Shown piece by piece: positions 9,972 to 22,076 of a stretch of DNA of 58,820 nt. The notes under the pieces were generated by a model. That model was not told the DNA's origin, did no database searches, and was given only the letters and a program-made list of their open reading frames with translations. Location: positions 1 through 58,820 of the forward strand of contig JAPEUI010000101.1 in the NCBI GenBank assembly GCA_026025075.1. The letters are read 5' to 3'. A program made the position numbers and the translations under genes. How positions within the stretch are numbered: position 1 is the stretch's first letter; each line of letters begins with the position of its first letter. The stretch comes from Vezdaea acicularis (taxonomy: Eukaryota).

Positions 9972-10913
9972 ATGTCAGAAGATCTTTTGAATGAAATTGA
10001 AGCAATCAACGCAATATACGGTGAAGGCACTCTAGAAGTCACTGAGGAAGCTTCCATCTATATTCTTCGTATTCCCGCTCGAACAACTTCTGTAAAACTT
10101 ATATTTCCTGAGCAGTATCCTGAGGCTGCCCCAAGAGTATCAGGCGTTCACAGCGCTGGAGATACAAAGCAGAAAGGCAAGGCAACTCAGACGCTCGACC
10201 TGGTTAGTCAGAAAATACTGGATGTATATCGACCTGGCGAGGTGTGCCTTTTCGACTTACTAGAAGAACTCGAAACCCTTCTTGAGACCCCTCAAGAGAA
10301 GGGTTTGCTCAGTGAAAACGACAGTGGTGGCTCGCACACGGATGATTTTACGGATAGCAAAGATGACTGCGCCCAAGACTCTTTGCCAGAGCCCAATCCG
10401 CAATGGAGCGTGTCGGAAATTGTCACGGAGAAAAAGTCCGTTTTTGTCGCTCGGGCTGCGACCGTCTCCTCTAAAGAGCAAGCAGAGCAGTACGTTAACT
10501 ACTTATTCTCAATTGATAAGAAAGTAGCAAAAGCGACACATAATATCACGGCGTGGAGAATCAAAGGCAATGGCGAAGTGATCTACCAGGACAGTGACGA
10601 CGACGGAGAGGATGCAGCCGGTGGACGTCTGTTACATTTGATGAAACTCATGGATCTATGGAATGTCATGGTTGTTGTCACAAGATGGTATGGGGGAATC
10701 AAACTAGGACCCGATAGGTAAGCTTGTAAGGTCCCTTGCCCGAGGAGACCTTCTTCCATGTTCAATCATACTGTACGGTGTGAAAGACCAACTAAAGCAA
10801 AACTCTGCCAAAGATTCCGGATCATCAATTCAGTAGCGCGCGATGCGTTTGTAAGGCACGGCTTCGTAATGAGTCGGATCAAGGGAATCAAAGGGGAAAG
10901 AAGGAACCCATAG
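9972..10913 (+). CDS. YIH1: IMPACT/YIH1 (RWD + UPF0029 domain; GCN2 pathway inhibitor)
   Basis: RWD domain (EIEAINAIY...YPE) plus ATHNITAWR, DDDGEDAAGGRLL and VTRWYGGIKLGPDRF. Intron 10718-10813. Confidence 0.93.
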
Positions 10914-11087
10914 CCGACCGATGTTTCGCCTCAGTTAACATAGCAGCTATCTGTCAATTGTTAGAGTATATGGCTAGCCTTTCCTGATAGAAACGATAGG
11001 TGAGACTATCGTGGAACATAGCTTCTTAGCATCTAGAGTAACCTCTTATATACAAGTTTTTGATTAGTTCGCTCAAGAGTCCAAACA

Positions 11088-11875
11088 TTAACGTTGAGCA
11101 ATCGGCTCATCTGTGACTTTTTGCGGTTCAGCTACTTCTGCAGCATCTCCCTGGGGCCCCAAAGGATACGAGGTAGACGGCAGTGATTCAAGGTGAGCTC
11201 TGTGATGCTCATGCGCCTTAATGTCAGGGGCTCTTGTCAGCATACTATCTCTGCAATGTGATGCAATTCACAAGATCTGCAGCACGTTCAAGAACTCACA
11301 AATGGAAGCCCACAATATGTACACGAACAAATCTGGGGCTTGTCAACGTTGATAAAGATCCGTGGATGGCCAAGCGGTCCACCTCCACCATCGCAAGAGA
11401 CCACTCTTTCGCTAGTCCATCGCACAGGCTGCTTATGGATGAGCTCAATGGCTGCATAAGGTCTTGGCTAGTTACGAACATCAATGTCAACAAATGTCTC
11501 TTCAACGGTATTTGAGATCCGGAAGTCGAGGGCACACACCTGCATTTCCATGATAGTCTGCTCAAACCTTGGTCCACTCATGGCCTTACTCCGTTGTTGC
11601 TGGCTTCGTGACCAGACTACTTCTCGGTTTGGTGCTTGGGTCACTCGGCCCTCCTCTGCCTCCTTGGGGAGCTCTTGCAGCGGAGGATCTTGAGCCCCTT
11701 TAGCTGATGTTGGCGCAGCATTCGTGGCTGATACATTAGGAACTGGCTTTCGAGTATTTGGATCATTGGCGGGAATTGGATCATGCGTCGTTTGCGTTAG
11801 AAATCGCCGAGGCAATGACCCACGTGGATGTAAAAGTGGCCTATAAGGTAGACGGGCCCGAGCAGAAGGGAACAT
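11088..11875 (-). CDS. NDUFS6: NADH:ubiquinone oxidoreductase zinc-finger subunit (NDUFS6 / 18.4 kDa)
   Basis: Mitochondrial leader, QAPNR...WSRSQ...GPRFEQT, and across introns CDGGGGPLGHPRIFINVDKP...CTYCGLPF (zf-CHCC). Two introns. Confidence 0.92.
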
Positions 11876-12150
11876 GATGCCCAATGTATGTTTTGTATGA
11901 GATTGGAATGGTCACGCATGGAGCTTTACATTGGAACGCTAGCGAGTCATAGCTAAGGTAGGGTGCTGTGATTGGCTTGACTTCGGGATTGCCAAGGAAT
12001 CTTTCTTCTGGGCGCCATATTTCAGTTGTGCTTCTATAAGATGCCACTGACAAGAGTAACCTGCCACGGTGCAGCTGCTATACCGAATCGTATCTACCAG
12101 GCAGTACTACTCCAATCATAGAGAATCATCCCGCTTTTTACTACAGGAGA

Positions 12151-13272
12151 ATGGCGGGACTCGGCAGTCCGGCAGCTCAAACGCCCAAAGCCATGTCGTC
12201 GCGCCTGATGACTATGAAGGTGTGTCACCTGTCCTCATTTGATGCAGAGAGACAATACTAAAGCGTGAATGGCTCTACAGTTTATGCAACGAGCGGCTGC
12301 TTCTGCTTCATCGACCGGGCCCAGTACTCCTGCAGTATCGTCCCCGAAGCGGCGGAAACTTGACTCCAGCTCGAAACCAGCAACGCCGACTTCCGATCTT
12401 CAAGAAATCCAGATAGCTTTGGCTTTTGAAGATGCAAAGCGTCAGGAGGCTTTAGAGCGACAAGGCAAGGATGCTGGTGAAACGAGATGGGCATTGAGCT
12501 TCAAGCCCAACAACTATAGCGAACACGGTGCCGTCGGCAAATGCGCCATGCAGGTCTCTCATATAAGCCAGGATGAAATCGATTATTCACAGAGCGGCTC
12601 ACATACTGAGGTTAAAGATGATGAGAGAACAGGAAGCTGGAGAGATACAAACACGCTCGGACGTAGAAGTTTCGGGCAGTTCAACAAAGCCCTCGAAGTA
12701 CGTCTAATTCAATTGCCATACTATCACGAACATGAAGCATCGCGACGGGCTCACTGATTTATCACGTGAAATAGAGATCGCAGCAGAGTTCGGGAGCTTC
12801 CCTGTCTTCTTCCTCAGAAGGCTCGCCTATGTCTGGCTCTGACGAGGATTCTGAATTTGAGCATAGAGAAGAGGACGATCCTATGAACACTAATGATCCG
12901 ATGAAGGCCATGAGAGGCGTATCACAGCAGGCATATAAATCAGAACTTAAGATAAAACATAAGGCTGGACGTAAGGAAGAGAGAGCCAAGCCACTTCGCC
13001 CGGCCAGGGAGCAGAACATGAAAACAACTGGCTTGAGTGGACTCTTGGCAGTGTCTGGAGTGAAAGCTACGAGGCTGCGCGAGGCTGAGGAGCCTAGGAA
13101 TGCAAAGGCTAGCCTCCAGAGGCTTGAGGAAGATGTTACATGCTATAAATGTAGAGGGAAGGGCCATATGGCAAAGGGCTGTCCAATTAGAAGCGGAGAG
13201 CAAAGTAAGCAACGGCATGAACGCGATGGTAGCCCAAGGGTTACTAAACCCAAAAGAGCGAGGATCAACTGA
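12151..13272 (+). CDS. MPP6-like exosome cofactor with C-terminal CCHC zinc knuckle
   Basis: MSSRLMTMK|FMQR and GRRSFGQFNK resemble the two MPP6 motifs, followed by the knuckle CYKCRGKGHMAKGC. Introns ~12220-12280 and ~12698-12774. Confidence 0.7.
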
Positions 13273-14248
13273 ACTGCACAATAATCGTTTAGCTTGGTCC
13301 GTGGGTCCTTCGTGGGCAGGAACCCTGGTGGATAGAGCGTCTCGTATTAGGTATGCAAGAGATCCTTCGAAAATAATTTTTCCCCTTTGATCAATAAAAC
13401 CAAGAACATTGACTCCACCTAGAAACCACTAATATCCCAAAGCATGACTTAGAAGTCAATCTGCAGGAAGCGAAAATCTTGACGCCTGTGTCATCCAATT
13501 ACTTGGGTTAAATCTTCGTGTTTTGTTGCCGCTATAATGCACAGCTTAACGAAGAAACGAACGGTCGTCGAAGATTGATGGCGCATCAATGAACAGTGGG
13601 CATGTTTACCGATCAGCATGCGCAAATCTCAGCAATTCCAAGATCGTTGGTAGCCCATGATAGTTTGCTCTAGTATGGGCTCGATATTACAGCGCCTTTT
13701 TTCTCTTTTGACTATCGTAGTCTACGCTGTGCCCACGGCCTGGCGGGGTACGTTTTGTGCCTTCAAGCGTGTCGCATTCATGTAGCTGTGGGGGAACCCT
13801 CGCTTACGCGCCATCAATTTCGTCGTCCACTTCGCGTGAGTGTTAAGCTTCGCCCACGCTAGAGAATTACAACAATTTGCTGGGGACGAGCCGTATGAGT
13901 AGACTATCTAGAGCAGACGCAGGTCTAATACGTCTCACACAGAAAGCATCTTCTCATTTCGCTGGTTTGCCTCAATTTTTAGCACATGTTCCTGGGGCGG
14001 AACCGCCCTCTACTTTCACCCCTGCCCGGATCAACATTCGCGACGCCTGGTACAAAGGCGGGCTACCACTTGTTGTGAAGCCTCGGGCGAAGAGCCTACA
14101 AAGGATTGGGTGTCATCAGTCGCTACTTCTGTTCCCAAGTCAAGCTACCCGGAGTCTCTTTCCCCAACCTCTTTTGAAGAAACTGCACTTCAGTCTTTCT
14201 TACACTACTTGTTACCCTTCCACGATTTGTGAAAGAGAACTCCGAGCC

Positions 14249-17200
14249 ATGCGCTCCTCGTCCCCCACCCAGCAGGATATGCCGCGGCATGATACCATAG
14301 AAAATCCCCAGCCAGCGAAGCAAGTCGAACGGCTCGCGGATCGTCTTGAGGCCCCGTCCTTAGATGATCGAACTTACAGAGTCATTCGCCTGTCGAATCA
14401 GCTTGAAGCCCTTCTTGTGCACGATGGAGACACTGACAAAGCGAGCGCCGCTTTGGATGTGAATGTTGGGAATTTCAGCGATCCTGTGGACATGCCTGGT
14501 ATGGCTCATGCAGTAGAGCATCTTCTATTCATGGGAACGGAGAAGGTACAGATCGGGCCTTCTGTAACTTTTTCCCTTTAGCGGCCACTGACAATAGGAC
14601 TTTTAGTATCCCCAGGAAAATGCCTACAATCAGTATCTTACCGCGCATAACGGCCATTCAAACGCCTACACTGCTGCATGCTCTACCAACTACTATTTTG
14701 AAGTTGCGGCCTTGGGGAGCTTAGAAGGTTCGGGCAGCCGATCTGAGAGTGAATCCCACATCAACAAGAAATCTCCTTTGCACGGAGCCCTAGATCGGTT
14801 TTCACAATTTTTTATTGCGCCATTATTCCTTCCTTCCACTTTGGACCGGGAGCTGAAGGCGGTCGACTCTGAAAACAAAAAGAATCTTCAAAGCGACTCG
14901 TGGCGGTTAAACCAGCTCAGCAAGTCACTTTCAAACCCGTCTCATCCGTTCTGCCACTTTTCGACAGGCAACCTTGAAACACTCAGAGATAAACCCAAGG
15001 AGCGTGGCGTCAATGTAAGAGATGAATTTATGAAGTTCCATGAGCGAGAGTATTCTGCAAATCGAATGAAGCTTGTTGTCCTAGGTCGTGAGTCTCTTAA
15101 CGAACTCGAATCTTGGGTTCTAGAGTGCTTTTCAGGTGTTCGTAATAAGGATCTACCGAAGTCAAGATGGGACGATGTCGCATTATTCTCAAATAAGGAA
15201 CTCTTGACACAGTATTGTGCAAAGCCTGTTATGGACAGTCGAACTCTAGAACTTCAGTTCTCATACTTCGACGAGGATGTCCTTCACGAGTCAAAACCCG
15301 GGCATTACCTTAGTCATCTCATCGGTCACGAAGGACCTGGAAGTATACTAGCGTACCTGAAAGCCAAAGGTTGGGCAAATGGTCTTTCTTCTGGTGCTTT
15401 TAATATCTGTCCAGGGTCGGCTCTATTTACCGTGCAAGTTCGTCTCACGGAAGATGGATTGAAGGAGTACAAGGAGGTCGTCAAGGTGATCTTCCAGTAC
15501 ATATCTCTTCTGCACGAAACACCGCCCCAGCAATGGATTGTCGCTGAACTCCAAGGAATGGCCGAAGTCGACTTCAAATTTAGGCAAAAGACGCCAGCTA
15601 GCAAATTTACGAGCAAGCTGAGCTCCATTATGCAAAAACCATACCCTAGGGAATGGCTTATGAGCGGGCCTAGCCTAATCCGCAAATTTGATCCCAAGTC
15701 TCTTAGCAAAGCGACATCTTTCCTTCGACCCGATAATTTCCGCTTATGCATAGTAAGTCAGGAGTACCCTGGAACTTGGGATAAGAACGAGAAGTGGTAC
15801 GGAACAGAATATACCGTTCGAAGGATTTCATCGGACTTCCTGGATGAGATCAAAGCTGCAGGGAATGTCACCAGTAAAGAGCGCATTCCAGACCTTCATC
15901 TACCTCATAAGAACGAGTTTATCCCCTCAAATCTGGAGGTGGAAAAGAAGAGCATCAAGAACCCAGCAATCTCGCCGACTCTCATTCGTAACGACAAAGC
16001 TGCAAGGACTTGGTTCAAGAAAGACGACCGGTTTTGGGTTCCAAAAGCTAATGTTTTTGTCACTCTTCGTAATCCGCTTGCCGCTGCTACGCCCGAGAAC
16101 TCAATCATAACGACTTTGTACACGGAATTGGTACGAGATGCTTTGACAGAATACTCTTACGACGCAGAGCTAGCGGGTCTTGAATATGACTTGAGCGGGC
16201 ACTCAGGCGGCCTTGATCTTGAAGTAAGCGGTTATAATGAAAAAATGCCGGTCCTATTAGAGAAAGTTCTCGTCACTATGAGAGATCTAGATGTCAGGGA
16301 AGACAGATTCAAAATCGTGAAAGAGCGGGTCATGAGAGGATGCCGCAATTGGGATTTCCAAGAGCCCTACTACCAAGTTGGACAGTTCACCACTTGGCTA
16401 AACACCCAAAAATCTTGGATCAATGAGGAACAATTGGCGGAGCTTCCGCACCTGACTGCTAAAGATATCAGAGCATTCTTTCCCCTGCTTCTAAGACAAA
16501 CACATGTCGAGACCCTAGTACATGGTAACATGTACAAAGAAGATGCTTTAAGGATAACACAACTTGTGGAAACGACTCTCAACGCTCGACCCCTACCAGA
16601 AGCCCAGTGGCATGTTCGAAGATCTCTACTTCTTCCGGAAAACTCCAATTACGTCTATACCCGGCCGCTAAAAGACCCGAAGAACGTCAATAACGTCATT
16701 GAGTACTTTGTGGCGGTAGGAGACATCACAGATCGGTTGCTACGGGCCAAAGTCCAACTCTTTTCACAAATGACAAACGAGCCTGCTTTCAACCAGCTGA
16801 GAACAAAAGAACAGCTTGGCTATATTGTATTTACAGGGCCCAGGCTCTCCGCTACACGTGTGGGCTATAGAGTCGTTGTTCAGAGCGAGAAACCTGCCGA
16901 GTATCTAGAAAAGAGGATCGACGCTTTTATGGCAAATTTCGGGATTGCCTTGAGAAATATGCCTCAGGCTGAGTTCGAAGACCACAAACGCAGTCTCATC
17001 AACAAGCGACAAGAAAAGCTTAAGAATTTGAGTCAAGAGAGTAATCGGTTTTGGAACCACATTGGCAACGAGTTCTTCGACTTCAGACAAGGTACAGTTG
17101 AAGTCACTCTCATGTTCTGCTCCTAACACATAACAGTTGACCTCGACGTCGATGCAATCAAGTCCCTCTCCCAGGAGGACATGCAACATTTTTTCACGCG

Positions 17201-17729
17201 CTTCCTTCAGCCCTCATCACCACACCGTTCCAAGATCTCAGTCCACCTGGTAGCTCAGACCTCTCCTAGCGCTTTAGCAAATGAAACCAGCTCCGAAGAA
17301 AAGGACTCTCTAGTATTGAGGCTTATTAGCCAGTATCTTAATTCACAAGGCGTAGTAGTTGAACATGAGAAGTTACAAAAACGCTTTGAGAGCGTTCGGA
17401 TTGCAGAAGGAGATCAAAACGCAGTCGTCGCTGCTATCCAAATATATCTCACGGATGATGCGAACGAAGCCCCGGAGAAGACCAAAGCCATCCTAGAACA
17501 AGGACGAGAGTTGCTCGGCACTATATTACCCAGCCTCGGCGTTGAGGTCAGCAAGATGGATGACCTTAAAGATGGTGAGGCGCTACCGCCAAATAGCGAG
17601 AGTATACCCGCAAAGGAGCCAACTATTATCGACAATGTCCATGAATTCAAAGCGAGACTTGAGGTCAGTGCGGGAGCGACGCCGGTGGAAGATATCACCA
17701 CATTTGAAGAGATAGAGTCAAAATTGTAG
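14249..17729 (+). CDS. STE23: Insulin-degrading-enzyme-like M16A metallopeptidase (a-factor processing STE23)
   Basis: HAVEH inverted zinc motif, GHEGPGS, FNQLRTKEQLGYIV. Introns near 14546-14606 and 17092-17135. Start uncertain because the frame is open from 13877. Confidence 0.93.
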
Positions 17730-18942
17730 TCGCTTTGTTCGGTATGATCAGTCTTGCACGCCCAATTTTGCATCATCTGGCGCCTGTGGAGCTTGTGAGC
17801 CAAAATGTAGTATTCTAGACAAAGCACGATTAGCGTTAGCGCAGGAGCTGAGTGGTTGGCAATTGCAACTAAAATAGATCTCTAGTGCAACCGCTCAAGT
17901 AGCAAAATCCTTTCAGTATAAAGCGGATTTGACATATTTTCGCCTTTGGCCTGGTGTGCTTTATTCACCTCGAGGCTGAAAGGAGGCTTAGCCCTAGGGC
18001 TAGCCTTGACCACGATCATCAGGGCTGAACCGAGTCAACAGTGGAATGGGCAGACATATATTTAGGACGTTGAAACATCTCTATATCTCCAGCACGGGGA
18101 CTTTTTGGTGACAACTGTTCGACAACCTCTTCCTACTCCGCTACACCTATGGCAAAGAGATTGTCTTGTCACTCTCGCGAGTCCTTAGCAGCGAATTGCT
18201 ATATATCTGCCGATTAAAGCTGTCCTATGACGAGCTGTAAACTCCTCCTCACTTGATGTGACACAAGTTACCCTTCTATCATAACAAGTTGACACTTGGC
18301 TGGAAAACATGCCTTACTGTTCAATGACCACGCTACGCGAAAACCCCAATCCAAGCTATACTAGCTATCGTATCTCTGTGTCCAAACACACAATCGATTT
18401 GACTAGCATAGTATCTGTAGACCAGGTTTGTTTGGTGTTACCGTAGCATTCCACAAAACTGCCACGTATCTGCGGAGCGAGGGTCAAGCCTGCAGATTTA
18501 GGTTTGAGCTCAAGGCTTTGAATCCTCTCCACGAGGTATAAGCTCGCTTTGAAGCACCAGTCCAGACTTGATCTAAATCCTAAGACCCTACCAAATCCAG
18601 CCCAAAATGTGAAATAGTTGTAAGGTGTACGCTCTATCCTAGTTATGAGCAAGAATCGAGACCAAAACTCAATATTGCACGTAGTGCGGTCGCGACCTGA
18701 ATTACGTATGAAACCTGATCTTATTCCCAACATTTGGTAGTTTCCAGGCCTTGTTACATGTGCACAAATTCTTCGAGTAGGTCTTGTATCCTACCATCCT
18801 ATTGGCCCTACGGTTGGCTGAATAGTTACTTGTAGATTGCTACCGTAGAAGGCCACGGAAGTTGCCGTCAGCCTTATACTTGACGACGAAGTTCGATAGC
18901 CTCTCAGTCGGAGGCTTTGCCTAAAGGTTCAGAGCCGCCGAG

Positions 18943-19917
18943 ATGTCTACTATCACGCTAACATCTTTACAGACCTCGTACCCGTAAGTGTATTCACTAA
19001 TAAGGCTATATATTGTATTCTTAACTATCGAGCAGGCCAGTAATTCCTGAAGGCTTTTCGTCCAACCAGCCCAAGACCATTAGGCTCTATCCTCTGAGCA
19101 ATTATACTTTTGGCACAAAGGAAACTCAGCCAGAAGAGGACCCGTCAGTCCTAGCCCGTTTGAAACGCCTTGAAGAGCACTATGAGCAATTTGGAATGCG
19201 AAGAACTTGTGAAGGCATCTTAGTTTGTCACGAACACAACCATCCCCATATCCTCATGCTACAGATCGCGAATGCTTTCTTTAAACTGTAAGTATATGCT
19301 GTAGTCGAACAGTCGACATTCCTCTGCTTACCTCAACCGCAGGCCTGGTGATTATCTCAAGCCAGAGGATGACGAGATTGAAGGGTTCAAGTCTCGGCTT
19401 AATGAAAGGTTAGCACCAGTGGGAAGCCAGTTCTCTGGTGAGGGTGTGAACGAAGAATGGGAAATTGGAGATACTCTTGCCCAATGGTGGAGACCAAATT
19501 TTGAGACCTTTATGTATCCGTTCATTCCAGCACATGTAACGAGACCAAAGGAATGTAAAAAACTGTACTTCATCCAGCTTCCTCGCAGCAGTGAGCACCC
19601 CCTCTCATCCTTCATCCCCTTATCAGGTCAAGGTACTGATCCTGATAGAGGTACTAAGTGTCCCCAAAAACATGAAGTTATTGGCCGTCCCTTTGTTTGA
19701 GCTATACGACAACACAGCTCGATATGGGCCGCAGCTCTCTGCTATCCCACACCTCCTTTCCAGATATAACTTTGAGTTTGTGGATGAAGAAGGTAATATT
19801 GTAGCTGTGACTCCTGGTGGGGACCCAGCACAGAAACATTTGACCTTGCAGCCGAAAGTTTTGGCTGGTGAAGAGGAGGAGATGAAGGATTGGGAAAGGG
19901 TTGAGAATGGAGTATAG
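18943..19917 (+). CDS. NUDT21: Cleavage factor Im 25 kDa subunit (Nudix-like)
   Basis: YPLSNYTFGTKE, GMRRTCEGILVCHEHNHPH, WWRPNFETFMYP, LLAVPLFELYDN. Three introns. Confidence 0.95.
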
Positions 19918-20653
19918 GAGAACACACCCAATTCACGCTGAGGAATTAGTCTGAGTAATCAGGAAATTTGGGTTTGGGGATGCTCTCATTGCTTTTCTCA
20001 CTCATGATACACTATTTTCCAGTATAACATCTGGGTTTCCGGAGCATTTGTGAGTAGCTTTAAAGTTGGGTAGAATTCGGGGGGAGCATGGCGCTAACAT
20101 GGCATCATGGAAGGTAGCGGGTTGAACTTTGAGCTTGTAGCAAATGACCCAGCGCAATGATAATATCACTTCTTGCGCCAGCAGCTATGCGGTCTTATAT
20201 TGATGTCATTCGGTTCAGCCAAATAGAAGACTTTAAACCCTTGCGCCGAAGGGGCTCTAGCACACAGCCGGTGGGTGTCATGCTCATGAGGCAACTGGCT
20301 CTCAAACATTGCGGTTTGGGGGACATAGTCTAGGGGGAATAGCACTGCTGTTGATACAGTGGTACTCTTTCATTAGAATGCCTGATGAGACTTTTCGATA
20401 AGTCATATTCCAACGTGTAAAGCGGCTCCTGTAATTTGCATGGGGCCATCGGACTGCTTCACGAGCCCAGTGTTCATGTCGAGTGAGGCACTTGCGATAC
20501 CAGTTACGGCTTGGTCTTATTTTAGTAACTTATTCCTTTGTGACTAGCCTTTACATTTTTTGATCCCAGGCAAATTACGCAAAGTCTACTAGTGGATTGA
20601 AAATCGCTAGCCCGCCCATTGTTTCGACTCGACAACCCATCGAATCCCAAACA

Positions 20654-21475
20654 ATGCTATTAATCGGCCTCACAGGCTCAATCGCGACCGGCAAATCCAC
20701 AGTGTCCAACATCCTTTCGCGACCCCCCCACTTTCTACCTATCATCGATGCCGATCTCCTCGCCCGAAAGGTGGTCCAGCCTGGTACCTCTGGCTACGCG
20801 GCGATACTATCTCATTTTTTGCCTACGACTCCCGACCTTCTCCAGCCTAGCCCACCGGCAGGAAATAACGGAGATAGGGCCAATCTTAAAGGCCAGCCCC
20901 TCAACCGCGCTGCGCTCGGTCATAGGGTTTTCGGTGACAGTGAAGAATCAAAGCACGATCGCGAGGTACTGAACGGAATTATTCACCCGGCCGTACGGCG
21001 AGAGATGCTGAAAGCTGTGCTGTACTACTACGTAAGGGGTCATTGGGCTGTCGTGCTAGATATTCCATTGCTCTACGAGTCTGGTCTCGACCTTATATGC
21101 GGGGTTGTCATGGTCGTTGCGGTCCGTAACCCACACGTACAATTGGCTCGACTTAGAGCGAGAGACCCACATTTGAGCCCGAAAGAAGCGGAGGAGAGAG
21201 TGGCCGCTCAATACGATGTGAGACTCAAGGCGAGGAGGGCAGAGAAGGCGGGGGACGCGGGGATAGTGGTGTGGAATGATGGGGCAAAGGACACATTGGA
21301 GAAGGAGATAGAGAAAATCATAATCGAGATCAAAAGAAGGCGTCCAAATTGGTGGGCTTGGTTGCTGGTGCTAACGCCGCTAGGGGCTTTCATAGCACTG
21401 TGGAACGTTCTAAGAGCCCTTTGGAGGAAAAAAGAATGGGAACATGCTCAACGACAGGAGAAATTAAAGCTTTGA
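20654..21475 (+). CDS. CAB5: Dephospho-CoA kinase
   Basis: IGLTGSIATGKST P-loop, IDADLLAR, LNGIIHP, DIPLLYE and a C-terminal hydrophobic tail. Confidence 0.93.
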   Translation: MLLIGLTGSIATGKSTVSNILSRPPHFLPIIDADLLARKVVQPGTSGYAAILSHFLPTTPDLLQPSPPAGNNGDRANLKGQPLNRAALGHRVFGDSEESKHDREVLNGIIHPAVRREMLKAVLYYYVRGHWAVVLDIPLLYESGLDLICGVVMVVAVRNPHVQLARLRARDPHLSPKEAEERVAAQYDVRLKARRAEKAGDAGIVVWNDGAKDTLEKEIEKIIIEIKRRRPNWWAWLLVLTPLGAFIALWNVLRALWRKKEWEHAQRQEKLKL

Positions 21476-22076
21476 TGTTTGGGGCTGGGTAATGTGCACA
21501 ACTGAAGGTGTTCCGCAGGTTATGAGGCGTTCGGGCGTATTGGGTATGAGCTTGAGCAGAGGCATCTGCTGCACGCGTATGCACCTAGCAATGGGTCGAA
21601 TCGGAGTACTTTTGGACATAGAATTCTGGTCATTTGGAAGGCGAAAATCCGACTAGCAGCTTGGTATTGGCGGGACCTTGACTTGCGAGCGAGGAGAAAG
21701 AGGAGAGCGTAGGCGATGCTGAGTTGTAGGTCAGAGCAGTAATAACATATCGTGTTATTGCCAAGTCATTAGAGTTATTCTTAGAGACTGTGCAAGAGTA
21801 GTGAAGCTCTCCAGCGAAAGCATTCTCAGCTCTATATCTGGACTAGCCGGGATTGCTTAACGAATCAGACGCAGCCGCAACGGCTGAGTAGCTGTGCGCG
21901 AGACTCCTGCCGCGACTACACAGAAATTTGAAGCCTGTGACTGAGTGGGATTCACTTTTGTGACATTCCGCACGGCATGGAAAGCCTCGGACGCGCTGCA
22001 GTGGAGCTCAAATCTGCAAGATAATGCAGAGTCGATTTGGACCAATTATCCATCACTAATCACACATCTTCTGGAA

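Noticed and set aside
17989..18002. 14-bp perfect palindrome TAGCCCTAGGGCTA
   Set aside because: Isolated and plausible by chance in 59 kb, with no associated feature.
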